Source of the DNA: an uncultured Desulfospira sp.
Lineage (GTDB): Bacteria > Desulfobacterota > Desulfobacteria > Desulfobacterales > Desulfobacteraceae
Length of the DNA: 64,000 bases
NCBI GenBank assembly: GCA_963663165.1
Contig: OY760175.1
Span: 5,696,001-5,760,000, forward strand
Direction: 5' to 3'
Shown: positions 19,504-29,559 of the stretch, one piece after another
How positions within the stretch are numbered: position 1 is the stretch's first letter
Layout: each line of letters starts with the position of its first letter
The notes under the pieces: generated by a model
Seen by the model: only the letters and a program-made list of their open reading frames with translations
The model's database searches: none
What the model was told of the DNA's origin: nothing
Made by a program: the position numbers and the translations under genes

Positions 19504-21462
19504 TTAAGGGGTTACCGTATTAAAACCGTCGGGGGGGATGATGTCTCCTTTTTCCTGTTTCAATGCTTTGAGACCATTTTTTTGTTCTGCCAGGATGTCA
19601 AACAGCTGCTGGGGAATCCCCTGTTCTGCAGCATAGGCTTTTTCCTGGAGTTCAATTCGCTGGATAATGTTATCCGTGTACAACGCAAACTGCTTGTCGT
19701 AAAGCGCCTTTGGGTATTCTTTTGAAATAATATCATTAAAAAGTGTTTTTAAGTCCTCATACACGGGCAGATTGCCGATGGGCGTGGGCAGGTATGCCAC
19801 CTCGCCGTGGGCATATCTTTCCAGCCAGGCCAGCCAGACCTTAACGTCCCGTTTTTCTCCGAGCAGTTTGTCTGAATCCCCGCCCCGGGCCCGGTGGGTT
19901 AGAAAATAGTTCAGGCCGGCCATGACCGGTTTGTATTCCGGCGCAATTTTCTGGGACCCGAAAAATTTGAACTGGGCATCCATATAATCGCCCAATGCCC
20001 CGGGAATAAAAGGCGCATTGGCCCATGGCGCCCGTTTAACACCGGAAACCCCCACCTCTGTGGCCGTGGCCGCAGAGACAATACAGGCACCGATGACCAC
20101 GCCCTGGTCTGAATTTTTGGCCACCCATACCGGGGGCATGGTGTCTGAATCCCGGCCCGAGTAAGTGAAAACCCTTGTCAGCACCCCTTGGGGATTTTCC
20201 GATTCCGGGGAGTAGTTGTCCAGACAGCGGGATTTTAAGGTGCACCTGGAGTTGGGGTGGGATAAGGGAACCGGCTTGCCGTTTTTATCGGTTTTGCCTT
20301 CAAACCAGTCGCCCTGGAAGTTGAATCCTTTGTCCGGATGGGGCTCGTTGTTGCCCACCCAGTGGGGGACTTTGTTTTCGTCAACCAGCACATTGGTCCA
20401 GATGACCTCATGGCCGGGTTGGCGAAGAATTTTCATGAGCAATGGATCGCCGTCAAGGTTGACATCCTCCACAATACCGAAAATGCCGTTCTCAGGATTA
20501 ACAGACCGGATGCTGCCGTCATCGGCAATCCACATCTGGGCCAAGTCATCTCCCACAAATACGTTTCCGGCCATGGCGGTGGTGGTCTTGCCGCATCCGC
20601 TCGGGGCAGCACCGGCACACCAGGTCACCCGATCATTGGAACCGTTGATGCCGGTGATAAACATATGCTCGGACAGTTCAAGCCCCCTGTTTTCGTATAC
20701 GGCCTTGTCCACGGCAAATCTATGGTTCCCTTTTTTGAGCAGCAGGGTGTTGCCGGCATAGGTGCATTTAAAGGAGTAGGTGGTCTGGTATTTTCGGTCC
20801 ATGAACACCCGGGCGTGGGGCAGGTCTTCGGGTCGGTTTAAGCCTTCGGAATGAACATTGGTGAAAAAATGGCCCTGACGTTCAACTTCCTGCTGGAATC
20901 CGTCATAGGCGTTCCGGTAAAGCAGCTCTGCGCTGTGGCTGACATAGGCGGAACTGGTGATTTCCAGGGCCGGGTTGGTGACTTTCGCCCCCAAAGGCCC
21001 CCTGGCATAAAATCCGACCACCATGGTCATGCCCTTCATGATATCGGTCATGTTGGACTTGACTTCTTCAAAGGCATGGGGCCGGTCCATCCGGTTGGCA
21101 AGGGAGGAGACCAGGTCTTCCGGGTCTGCAATATAGTAGGTCCGGTCCACGATCCGGCCCTGTTCGTCGGCCAGGTCATAGTGGATGGTATGCCCGTCCA
21201 TGGCCAGGGCGCTTTCTTCCCCTTTTTCCAGGGCGAGCTGCCGGATGAATTCTCGGTCCTCTGCTGTTCCGGAGTTGATGAAAACGCGGTCGGGATTGCA
21301 GATCACCACCGCGTTGGCGATTCTTTTCAATACTTCGGGGTGTTGAATCTTGGAAATTCTTGAAAAATGGGTGTTGTCCAGTCTTTCTTTAAACAGGGCA
21401 AGGGCATCTTCCAGGGAGTGAATTTTTCCTAACTCATTTAAAATATCCATATCAGTTTCCAT
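19504..21462 (-). CDS. pckG: phosphoenolpyruvate carboxykinase (GTP)
   Basis: YAGNTLLLKK, LSEHM, APSGCGKT, VGDDLA, NPENGIFG and HPNSRC motifs. Confidence 0.92.
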   Translation of the reverse strand: METDMDILNELGKIHSLEDALALFKERLDNTHFSRISKIQHPEVLKRIANAVVICNPDRVFINSGTAEDREFIRQLALEKGEESALAMDGHTIHYDLADEQGRIVDRTYYIADPEDLVSSLANRMDRPHAFEEVKSNMTDIMKGMTMVVGFYARGPLGAKVTNPALEITSSAYVSHSAELLYRNAYDGFQQEVERQGHFFTNVHSEGLNRPEDLPHARVFMDRKYQTTYSFKCTYAGNTLLLKKGNHRFAVDKAVYENRGLELSEHMFITGINGSNDRVTWCAGAAPSGCGKTTTAMAGNVFVGDDLAQMWIADDGSIRSVNPENGIFGIVEDVNLDGDPLLMKILRQPGHEVIWTNVLVDENKVPHWVGNNEPHPDKGFNFQGDWFEGKTDKNGKPVPLSHPNSRCTLKSRCLDNYSPESENPQGVLTRVFTYSGRDSDTMPPVWVAKNSDQGVVIGACIVSAATATEVGVSGVKRAPWANAPFIPGALGDYMDAQFKFFGSQKIAPEYKPVMAGLNYFLTHRARGGDSDKLLGEKRDVKVWLAWLERYAHGEVAYLPTPIGNLPVYEDLKTLFNDIISKEYPKALYDKQFALYTDNIIQRIELQEKAYAAEQGIPQQLFDILAEQKNGLKALKQEKGDIIPPDGFNTVTP

Positions 21463-21782
21463 GTGCTATAATAATTTGGAGCCCAGTACCAAATCGTAAA
21501 AATTAATAATGTCGTTATACCTATCACTTAATCCGTAAAAATCAACTGATATCTTATAATTTTTTAGAAAAAACAAATCATTACTATGAAAAAAACCTGT
21601 GATGGGATATGGAATAAAAAAACAACTTACCTTTTTGTTATAAAACCCGGGCGTTGTCTGGTATGGTATTCTGGACATGACGCCCTCAACGAACCATGAA
21701 AGCCATGAAGGTCACAGAAAGGGCAGCCCTAACAACCTTCAGCCTAAACCCCTTCAACCTTTCAACTAAAGGATAATAAATA

Positions 21783-22685
21783 TTGAATATTTACGCCGAC
21801 TTACACAACCACACCACGGCATCTGACGGGGATTTCACCCCTGAACAGCTGGTTAAAAAAATCAAGGAACTGGGCATAAAGGCCATCGGGGTGACCGACC
21901 ACGATACCCTGGCCGGGCTTAAACCGGCCATTGAAGCCGGAAAAGCCTGCGGGGTGACGGTGATTCCCGGGGTGGAAATTTCCATCCGGTTCAAGCGGTC
22001 CTATTTTACCGGCACCCTTCACCTGCTCAGTTACTTTCCCGGGGACAGGCTTGAAGATCAGGCCTTTGTCCGGGCCTTTGAGGATTTGCTGGCCAAAGGC
22101 CGGGGGGAGGGGCTTGTCCGGGCACGGATCGGCCAGATCAATACCGTGTTCGGCCCTGGCGGGACATCGCCGCTGTTAGACCGGGACATGGTGTTTGAAG
22201 ATATATCGGCATACAGTTCAAATGCCAGCCGCCGCCATTTTGCCCTGGCCTTGACCGAGCGGTTCGGCATTGGGGATAAGGAAAAGATCACCCGGATCAT
22301 CGGCAATGACAGCCCGGCCTACCTGCCCTCGGGGGTTGAGCTTGACGCGGTCAAAACATTTATTGCAGACCATGGGACAACACCGGTGCTGGCCCACCCG
22401 GCCGCCGGTTCCTTTCCCGGGAAAGGCCACTATAAGGAGGTGCTGCCGCCCCTTGAAACTGTTGAAAAGATTTTTCCTGAGTTTATGGATGCCGGGCTTA
22501 AGGGGATTGAGGTCAACTATCCGGGGCATGCCATGGAACACCGGCGCATCCTGCTTTCCTGGGCTGAAGAATATGGTCTTTTGATTACCGGCGGCTCAGA
22601 CTGCCACGATGCAACGGATCGCCCCCCCGGTGTAGAAGGATTAAACGAAGAAACGTTTCAGCAATTCATGGAAAACGTCAAATGA
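21783..22685 (+). CDS. PHP-domain metal-dependent phosphoesterase (TrpH-like)
   Basis: DLHNHTTASDG, TDHD, GVEIS, LAHP and TGGSDCH motifs. Confidence 0.88.
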   Translation: MNIYADLHNHTTASDGDFTPEQLVKKIKELGIKAIGVTDHDTLAGLKPAIEAGKACGVTVIPGVEISIRFKRSYFTGTLHLLSYFPGDRLEDQAFVRAFEDLLAKGRGEGLVRARIGQINTVFGPGGTSPLLDRDMVFEDISAYSSNASRRHFALALTERFGIGDKEKITRIIGNDSPAYLPSGVELDAVKTFIADHGTTPVLAHPAAGSFPGKGHYKEVLPPLETVEKIFPEFMDAGLKGIEVNYPGHAMEHRRILLSWAEEYGLLITGGSDCHDATDRPPGVEGLNEETFQQFMENVK

Positions 22686-23140
22686 GGCGAACCGACCGGG
22701 AAATCAAAGAAAAGGCTGCCATTGAAACGATCATCAGGGCCTGTCGTGTCTTAAGGCTTGGCATGGTGGACAAAAATCGCCCTTATGTGGTCCCCTTAAA
22801 TTTCGGGTACCAGGGCGGCTGCCTCTATGTTCACAGTGCCCGGGAAGGCCGGAAGATCACCCTTATCCGGGAGAACCCAAATGTCTGTTTTGAACTGGAT
22901 GTTCTGGAAAGCATAATACAGGGCAGTCAGCCCTGCAAATGGGGGGCTCAATACAAAAGCGTTATCGGGCAGGGAACCGCCGTTATTCTGGAAAATTTTC
23001 AAGAAAAAAAACATGGGCTTGCCGCCATTATGGCCCATTATTCAGACCAGAAATTTGAGTTCCCCGATAAAGCCCTTGAACAGACCACGGTTGTCCGGAT
23101 TGACATCCGTGAAATGACCGGAAAGCAAACCCGGCAATAG
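22682..23140 (+). CDS. pyridoxamine 5'-phosphate oxidase family (NimA/NimC-like) flavin-binding protein
   Basis: MRRTDREI, PYVVPLNFGY, HSAREGRK, YKSVIG and MTGK motifs. Confidence 0.88.
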   Translation: MRRTDREIKEKAAIETIIRACRVLRLGMVDKNRPYVVPLNFGYQGGCLYVHSAREGRKITLIRENPNVCFELDVLESIIQGSQPCKWGAQYKSVIGQGTAVILENFQEKKHGLAAIMAHYSDQKFEFPDKALEQTTVVRIDIREMTGKQTRQ

Positions 23141-23330
23141 CGACAGAAAAGGCGGCGGGGAAAGGAAAATAAAACGCCGGACAAAACGGCGGGTGTTTGT
23201 TTCTTTTGTCTTTTTTCCGGCTCTTTTTTGTTGATTTTTTACGGAAAATGGATGATGTTATGCTATTAATTGGCTATAGCATAAAACCTGCCCTTGCTTG
23301 TAACCCAATATAGGCGGCATACTGAATAAA

Positions 23331-24512
23331 ATGATGGAAAATAAACCATACGGGGATCTTCAACCCTTAACCCGGGTCTATGTGAACCTTGACGCCCTGT
23401 CGGCCAATGTCCGGGCCCTGAAAGCAAAGTGTGCGGACAAGGTGAATCTCATGGCCGTTGTCAAGGCAAACGGGTATGGCCATGGTGCCGTGGAAACGGC
23501 CAGAACAGCTTTGGCGGCCGGTGCGTCATGGCTGGCGGTGGCCCGGATTTCAGAGGCCGTCACCTTGAGAAGCGCCGGGATCACCGCGCCCATTCTTTTG
23601 TTTGGGGACATTTTGCCCGGCCAGGCCCAATATGCCGCTGACCATGACATCAGAATTTCCCTGGCCTCTATAGACGCGGCCAAAGAGATTTCAACGGCGG
23701 CCAGCGGGTCAGGCTGCCGGGTCAAGGCCCATGTGAAGATGGACACGGGCATGGGGCGGCTCGGCCTGCTGGCCGGCCCGGATCTGAACATTGACGGGCT
23801 CATAGGGGATTTTTTTAAGATCAAGGCACTGCCCGGGCTTCAAATAGAAGGGATGTACACCCATTTTGCCAATGCCGATGCCCATGACAAGGCCCATGTT
23901 TTAGGACAGGCCGCCCTGTTTTCCAAAATCAGGGAAACCCTTAAGGCCAAAGGAGAAACCAGCCTGCTGGCCCATGGGGCAAACAGTGCGGCCGTGATCG
24001 AACTGCCCGAGGCCCATTTTGACATGGTCCGGCCCGGAATCAGCCTTTACGGGCTCTGGCCGTCAACCGAGGTTGACCGGAGCCTGATCCGGCTTGAGCC
24101 GGTCATGTCCATCCGGTCACGGATCATCCATATCAAAGATGTGCCCAAGGGGTTCAAGGTCAGTTACGGTTCCACCCATATCACCCCCGGCCCCACTAAA
24201 ATTGCCACTGTGCCCATCGGGTATGCCGACGGTTACAGCCGGTTGCTGTCCGGTTGCGGGACCATGCTGGTCCGGGGAATGAGGGCAAAGATTACAGGGC
24301 GGGTCTGCATGGACTTTACCATGATTGATGTGGGGCATATCCCCGGGGTCTGCCGGGGGGATGAGGTGGTTATTATGGGAACCCAGGGCAGTGAATCCGT
24401 GTCAGCCGATGATATGGCAAAGCTTACCGGCACCATTAATTATGAAGTAACGGCCGGCCTGACCGGCAGAATGCCCCTTGTCCATGAAAGACCGGCCGGG
24501 CATAACCGCTAA
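23331..24512 (+). CDS. alr: alanine racemase
   Basis: AVVKANGYGHG PLP lysine, KMDTGMGRLG, VRPGISLYG, GYADG, GRVCMD. Confidence 0.95.
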   Translation: MMENKPYGDLQPLTRVYVNLDALSANVRALKAKCADKVNLMAVVKANGYGHGAVETARTALAAGASWLAVARISEAVTLRSAGITAPILLFGDILPGQAQYAADHDIRISLASIDAAKEISTAASGSGCRVKAHVKMDTGMGRLGLLAGPDLNIDGLIGDFFKIKALPGLQIEGMYTHFANADAHDKAHVLGQAALFSKIRETLKAKGETSLLAHGANSAAVIELPEAHFDMVRPGISLYGLWPSTEVDRSLIRLEPVMSIRSRIIHIKDVPKGFKVSYGSTHITPGPTKIATVPIGYADGYSRLLSGCGTMLVRGMRAKITGRVCMDFTMIDVGHIPGVCRGDEVVIMGTQGSESVSADDMAKLTGTINYEVTAGLTGRMPLVHERPAGHNR

Positions 24513-24528
24513 TCAAGGAGTAATACCC

Positions 24529-25773
24529 ATGGCACCTGTAACCCAATTTGATTTTGAAACCGGTTTATGGCGCAGGCCAGACCCCTTGGACCGGGAGGGG
24601 ATTGTGGTGTCCGTTGCCGGGGACCTTGCGCCCATCCGGGCCTTTTCAGGAATTATGGAGAACACCCCGGAAGATATTTTCGGCAATCTTCTGCCCGGGC
24701 TGGTTGAGGCGGATTTAACCATTGTCAATCTCGAATGCCCCTTGAGCAACATGGGCCGGCCGGTCCAGAAAAGCGGCAGCGTGTTCAAGGGGAAAAAGGC
24801 CCATATCAAGGCCCTTGAAGCGGTTCCCTTTGATGCCGTGACCCTGGCCAATAATCATGTGCTCGATTACGGGGTCCAGGCCTTTGAAGATACCCTTAAA
24901 ACCCTGGACAACGCCCAAATCAAACGGGTCGGTGCGGGCAAAGACATCAAGGAGGCCTTTGCGCCGCTGATCCTGGAAAAAAAAGGAATCCGTATTGGTG
25001 TCATCAACTTCAGCGAGGGGGAGGACCTGACCGCGGCTGATGAGGACAGCCCGGGGGTGGCCGGCTGGGACCTGGACTTTGTCTGCGCCCGGGTGAAATC
25101 CCTGAAAGGCAAGGTGGACTGTATCATGGTGATTGCCCATTGCGGCATTGAGTATATTCCCTTTCCCCCGCCTTATGTGAACCAGGCCTTTGAGCGCGTG
25201 GCCGATGCCGGGGCCGATATCGTTATTGCCCATCATCCCCATGTTCCCCAGGGGGTAAGGTTTTACAACCAGGTGCCCATTTTTTTCAGCCTGGGAAATT
25301 TTGTGTTTTACCAGCCCACGGATTTAAAATTCAGGAAACTCGGGTTCACCCTTGATATCGGCGTGGATAAAAAAGGCCTTGCCAGTTACGAGGTCAAGCC
25401 CTATGTGATCCGGGATTCCGGGCTTTCACTGTTAAAGGCCCGGGCCAGAAAGGAGTTTTTTCAATACTTCAGGGATATTTCCCTTCCCCTTCAGAGCAAT
25501 GCCACCCTGGAACAGGCCTGGCATGCCTTTTTATGCTATTACGGCACCAAGGGGTTTTTAAATGAAATTGAAAGCATTCTGATCCGGCTGAAAACCAATC
25601 CCCGGAAAGGGGCGGCCATGATGAGGAACCGCTTGACCACCCTTCAGCATTTTCATCACTGGAAGGACACCATGACCGGGATTATCGCCGACAATCTCAA
25701 GGATCCTGTGGAGTGGGGGGATCGGATTATCAAGCTTTATATGACCGATACCGGGCAGATTCCCGATGAGTAA
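24529..25773 (+). CDS. CapA/PgsA-family metallophosphoesterase-like protein
   Basis: AGD, NLECP, LANNHVLDYG, HCGIEY, HHPHV and SLGNF motifs; AAGGAG RBS before ATG 24529. Confidence 0.88.
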   Translation: MAPVTQFDFETGLWRRPDPLDREGIVVSVAGDLAPIRAFSGIMENTPEDIFGNLLPGLVEADLTIVNLECPLSNMGRPVQKSGSVFKGKKAHIKALEAVPFDAVTLANNHVLDYGVQAFEDTLKTLDNAQIKRVGAGKDIKEAFAPLILEKKGIRIGVINFSEGEDLTAADEDSPGVAGWDLDFVCARVKSLKGKVDCIMVIAHCGIEYIPFPPPYVNQAFERVADAGADIVIAHHPHVPQGVRFYNQVPIFFSLGNFVFYQPTDLKFRKLGFTLDIGVDKKGLASYEVKPYVIRDSGLSLLKARARKEFFQYFRDISLPLQSNATLEQAWHAFLCYYGTKGFLNEIESILIRLKTNPRKGAAMMRNRLTTLQHFHHWKDTMTGIIADNLKDPVEWGDRIIKLYMTDTGQIPDE

Positions 25774-25811
25774 GATGTTTGGGGCAGGTGGGAAAGTGAG
25801 AGGGTGAGACG

Positions 25812-26714
25812 GTGGGAAAGAGAACTATTTTGGTGACGGATTCGGGTCTTGGGGGATTGTCCGTGGCGGCGGATATCCTTTCAGGGCTTTCAGAGGCATC
25901 GGCCTGGCCCGAGGTGTCCATGATTTATTTTAATGCCTGGCCGGAACCGGACAGGGGATATAACCATTTTCCGGACATGGCCTACCGGGCCGCCGTGTTC
26001 AATAATGCCCTTGAGGCCATGGGCCGGTTTTCCCCGGATCAGATTCTGATTGCCTGCAACACCCTGTCGGTGATTTATCCGTATACCCGGTTTTCAGAAA
26101 AGACTGCCATTCCCGTGTCCGGGATTGTGGACAGCGGGGTGGATATGATGGATAGGGCACTGGCGGCTGATCCGGAAAGCCGTGTAATTATCTTTGGCAC
26201 CCCGACCACGGCCCGGTCCGGGATTCATCAACTGGCCCTTGTGGAAAGGGGTATCCGTCCGGAACGGATCATCAACCAGGGCTGCTTTAACCTTGCCGGC
26301 AAAATCGAACGAAACCCCTTTGGCCGGGAAGTTGAAACAATGATCCACGATTATATTAAAGAGGCGGCACAGCAGTTTCCCCAAAAAGGCGGGACGGTTT
26401 TTGCCGCACTGTGCTGCACCCATTTTGGATACCGGCAGGACCTGTTTGAACAACAGATCAAAGAACAGATCAGTGACCAGGTCACGGTGCTGAACCCCAA
26501 CAAGGAGATGGCCGGCCGTGTCCTGGCCGGCTGTCCCGGCCATGAAAAGCCGTTTAAAGCACAAACGGACATTCGTATCTTTTCCCGGATAGAGTGGGAG
26601 CCGGAAAGGCTTGCGGCCTATGAAAAACTGTTGTCCCCCCAATTCCCCCAGGTGGTCCGGGCGTTGAAGCAATACCATTATGACCCCCATTTATTTAAGG
26701 AGAGTGTGTGTTGA
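25812..26714 (+). CDS. glutamate/aspartate racemase family protein
   Basis: DSGLGGLSV, IACNT and CCTHF: both catalytic Cys motifs are present. Confidence 0.85.
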   Translation: MGKRTILVTDSGLGGLSVAADILSGLSEASAWPEVSMIYFNAWPEPDRGYNHFPDMAYRAAVFNNALEAMGRFSPDQILIACNTLSVIYPYTRFSEKTAIPVSGIVDSGVDMMDRALAADPESRVIIFGTPTTARSGIHQLALVERGIRPERIINQGCFNLAGKIERNPFGREVETMIHDYIKEAAQQFPQKGGTVFAALCCTHFGYRQDLFEQQIKEQISDQVTVLNPNKEMAGRVLAGCPGHEKPFKAQTDIRIFSRIEWEPERLAAYEKLLSPQFPQVVRALKQYHYDPHLFKESVC

Positions 26715-27700
26715 AGAATAAAATTTTACTGCTCACCGGACCCGGCGGAGACGCCCAGGGCTGGGGAGATATCAAGGTAACCGAATCTGTGTGCCAGGCC
26801 ATTATTGACAGCGGGTACGATGCAAAGATCGCCTTTGTCAACACCATGGACGAGTTTGAGAATGTCCTTGCCCAGGGCTCATTCGATATGATCTGGAGCG
26901 CCCTTTATTATGTTACTGAGCGGTCAGAAACCATTGGGCTGACCCAAGGGCAGTGGCTGGCGGATATTTTTGATGAAAAGGGGATTCCCTATATCGGCCC
27001 GGATGCCGCCACCATGAAAGCCCTGATCCAGAAGACCGTCACCCATGATATCCTGACAAAAAATCAGGTGCCGGTTCCCTTTCATTTCCAGGTGGGCGTG
27101 GGGGAAGATTTGCCGGACATTCCTTTCCCGGCCTTTGTCAAGCCCAGCAATGAATCCCGCTCTGTGGGCATCAACGATGACAGTGTGGTCCACGACCGGA
27201 CAGAACTGGCCCGCCAGGTGGCCTGGATTCATGAGGCTTTTGACCAGCCGGCCCTGGTGGAAGAATACCTGCCCGGAGACGAGTATACCGTCCTCATGCT
27301 GGGCAACGGCCAATACCAGGAATTTCTGGCCGGAAAGGTGGAGGTGGATCCAAAGCTTTTTGGCAAATACCCCATTTTAAGAAGCGATCTTCGGGGGGTC
27401 GGCGTCACCAAGATCAAACCGGCCGGCAAGCTCAAAGACAAGGCGGACAAGCTCTGCGCCCAGGCCATGAAGGCCCTGAACTGCCTGGACCATGTCCGGA
27501 CAGACATGCGGCTGGATGCAACGGGAACCCTTAAAATCATTGAGGTCAACGGCATCCCCGGCCTTAAGCCCATTAAAAGCTGGAGTCCCCAGATTTACAC
27601 CCTTCACCACGGCTCCCCGGAAGGCCCCATGACAGATTACCGGAACCTGATCGGACACATCGTAAAATCCGCCCTGGCCCGCTACAATCTGATCGAATAA
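26708..27700 (+). CDS. D-Ala-D-Ala ligase-like ATP-grasp protein
   Basis: GIPYIGP, FVKPSNESRSVGI, LVEEYLPG, RTDMR and IEVNGIPGL motifs. Confidence 0.8.
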   Translation: MLKNKILLLTGPGGDAQGWGDIKVTESVCQAIIDSGYDAKIAFVNTMDEFENVLAQGSFDMIWSALYYVTERSETIGLTQGQWLADIFDEKGIPYIGPDAATMKALIQKTVTHDILTKNQVPVPFHFQVGVGEDLPDIPFPAFVKPSNESRSVGINDDSVVHDRTELARQVAWIHEAFDQPALVEEYLPGDEYTVLMLGNGQYQEFLAGKVEVDPKLFGKYPILRSDLRGVGVTKIKPAGKLKDKADKLCAQAMKALNCLDHVRTDMRLDATGTLKIIEVNGIPGLKPIKSWSPQIYTLHHGSPEGPMTDYRNLIGHIVKSALARYNLIE

Positions 27701-27723
27701 GGGATTTGGGCTGAACGAAGGCT

Positions 27724-27868
27724 GTGTTTGGGCGAGAAGTTGCCCAGATGCAAGGCGTAACCTAAAGGTCAGAAACCAGGAAAATTTGCAACCGGAGCAA
27801 CCTTTGGGGTTGTGAGGCTTGCAAATTTTCCTGCAACGCAGCAGATGGGTGGCTTTTCGTTCAAACAC
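27724..27868. repeat. long imperfect intergenic hairpin element between convergent genes
   Basis: Arms GTGTTTGGGCGAGAAGTTGCCCA / TGGGTGGCTTTTCGTTCAAACAC (many G.T pairs); inner stem CAGGAAAATTTGCAA / TTGCAAATTTTCCTG. Confidence 0.8.
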
Positions 27869-29559
27869 TAAGCTATTTTGTCGGTTAGGGACTGCGCATG
27901 GATAATATATTCCTTATCCATAAATCCGGACATGAACTGGTAATCGGCAAACACGCCCAAAAGGGTCTTGGCAAAGTATTTGTTCTTATTTATCAGGTCA
28001 TTGAAGCCCGGGGCAAACAGCCTTTCGCCAGGGCAGATATGATGGTTGAAAAAGGTTGAGTAAAAGGCCCGCTGGGGTTTGTAATAAAGGGCATAAGAAT
28101 GGAGCCGTTTCTTGATGTCTTTTTGGACATCCACCCCGGTCATGGGGCGTTCGGAATACCGGCAAAGCTCTTCAAAACAGCTCTGGTGCAAAATCCGGCG
28201 CAAACTGGCCGTCAGTTCCATGGTCCGGTCCTGGGTGGCCAGACCCACATCGGCTTTAAGGGCCATGACCGGCTCAAGGGTTTCATAGGTGGCCTTTTTG
28301 ACCAGTCTGATATAGGCTTCCCGGACCCGTTGTTTTTCCTCGAGAAGATCCTGTTCTTCCAGATTCAGGTTGTCTATGGCGGTCCGGATTTCGTTAAGGC
28401 ATTGGCCGAGCCGGTCGGCGGTGTCCGTTTCCTCTCCGGATGACCATGCATTGATCCTTGATTCCAGTTCGTCATAACACAGGCTGAAAAGGTCTAAAAA
28501 CAGGGTCTGGTAGTTGGGATCGGTTTTAAATTCACGGCAGTAAAGCACCAGGGATTTATAGTAAAATACCCGGTTCAGCCGGTACCGGACCCCGGCATAT
28601 CCAAGCTCCTTGAGCAGTTCTGAGTGGCCGTTTCCGCCATCTTGTTCCCCGGTGCCCACCAGGAACAGCCGGGCCAGGTTTTTCTTTAACTGGGTATGTT
28701 CAGCCCCTAGAAGCTGTTTAAAGGTTGAACCGGTGGCCTGCCTTAAATGGCCTGCGGAAAAAAGAAACCGGTCTATTTCCCTTAAGGTCTGCTGGGCGGC
28801 CTGACTTAATTTTTGCATGGCCTTTAAAAATTTCTTAGGGTCCTGTTCATTCCCCAGGATATAAGCCCGTGTATCAATGATCTTTTCCAAAAGGCCGTTT
28901 TTCTGGTTGAGTTCCTCCCTGGCCTTTTGGATGATCCCGGACAATACCTTGTTGTCCATTTTGGGCAGCCTGGCCCCCACCAGCCGGCAGACCAGGTCGG
29001 CATCGTTGATGTCCTCCAGGTGGCTTCGCCAGGGCTTGTCCTCTGCCAGGGCCTGGGTGAGATTCTTTAACGTCTCGCCGGCCAGGGTTTTATAGTCCCG
29101 GCCGGAACCGCTTTCAAGGATCAGCTGTTTCAGGCCGGGCTCCAGCAGATGGGTGTCCAGCTCATTGGCATCATTCTTGATCCTGCCAAAATAGGTGATG
29201 ATCAGGTTCTGGGTCAAGTTTTCAATGGCGGCCTTGATCCCGGCTTCATGAATGTCCCGCTCAGACACGCTGACCCCGCATTCAAAGGCAAAGGGCGCGG
29301 CTTTGCTGGTCAGCAGATCCAAAAGGGTATACAGGTCGCTGATATAGTCATCGGGAACAATCAGGTGGTTGTCCCTGACCTGTTCTATAAAGAAAGAGAC
29401 AATTTTTCTGACCGGCACCAGGACCTGATCGTTCTCATCCCGTTTGAACCACTTGATAGGGGCAAGCCCATCCGCGCCCTTTTGAAAAATCTGGGGGATT
29501 TTTTTGTGGTACAGCCTGTCCCGGAATGTTTTAATCCTGTCTTCACTGATTGTTTTCAT
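27868..29559 (-). CDS. hypothetical protein (helical)
   Basis: Long ORF; likely ATG at 29559 overlaps the end of the upstream gene; no motif recognised. Confidence 0.7.
   Translation of the reverse strand: MKTISEDRIKTFRDRLYHKKIPQIFQKGADGLAPIKWFKRDENDQVLVPVRKIVSFFIEQVRDNHLIVPDDYISDLYTLLDLLTSKAAPFAFECGVSVSERDIHEAGIKAAIENLTQNLIITYFGRIKNDANELDTHLLEPGLKQLILESGSGRDYKTLAGETLKNLTQALAEDKPWRSHLEDINDADLVCRLVGARLPKMDNKVLSGIIQKAREELNQKNGLLEKIIDTRAYILGNEQDPKKFLKAMQKLSQAAQQTLREIDRFLFSAGHLRQATGSTFKQLLGAEHTQLKKNLARLFLVGTGEQDGGNGHSELLKELGYAGVRYRLNRVFYYKSLVLYCREFKTDPNYQTLFLDLFSLCYDELESRINAWSSGEETDTADRLGQCLNEIRTAIDNLNLEEQDLLEEKQRVREAYIRLVKKATYETLEPVMALKADVGLATQDRTMELTASLRRILHQSCFEELCRYSERPMTGVDVQKDIKKRLHSYALYYKPQRAFYSTFFNHHICPGERLFAPGFNDLINKNKYFAKTLLGVFADYQFMSGFMDKEYIIHAQSLTDKIA

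Noticed and set aside
24529..25773. Poly-gamma-glutamate capsule operon
   Set aside because: No capB/capC synthetase genes in the window.
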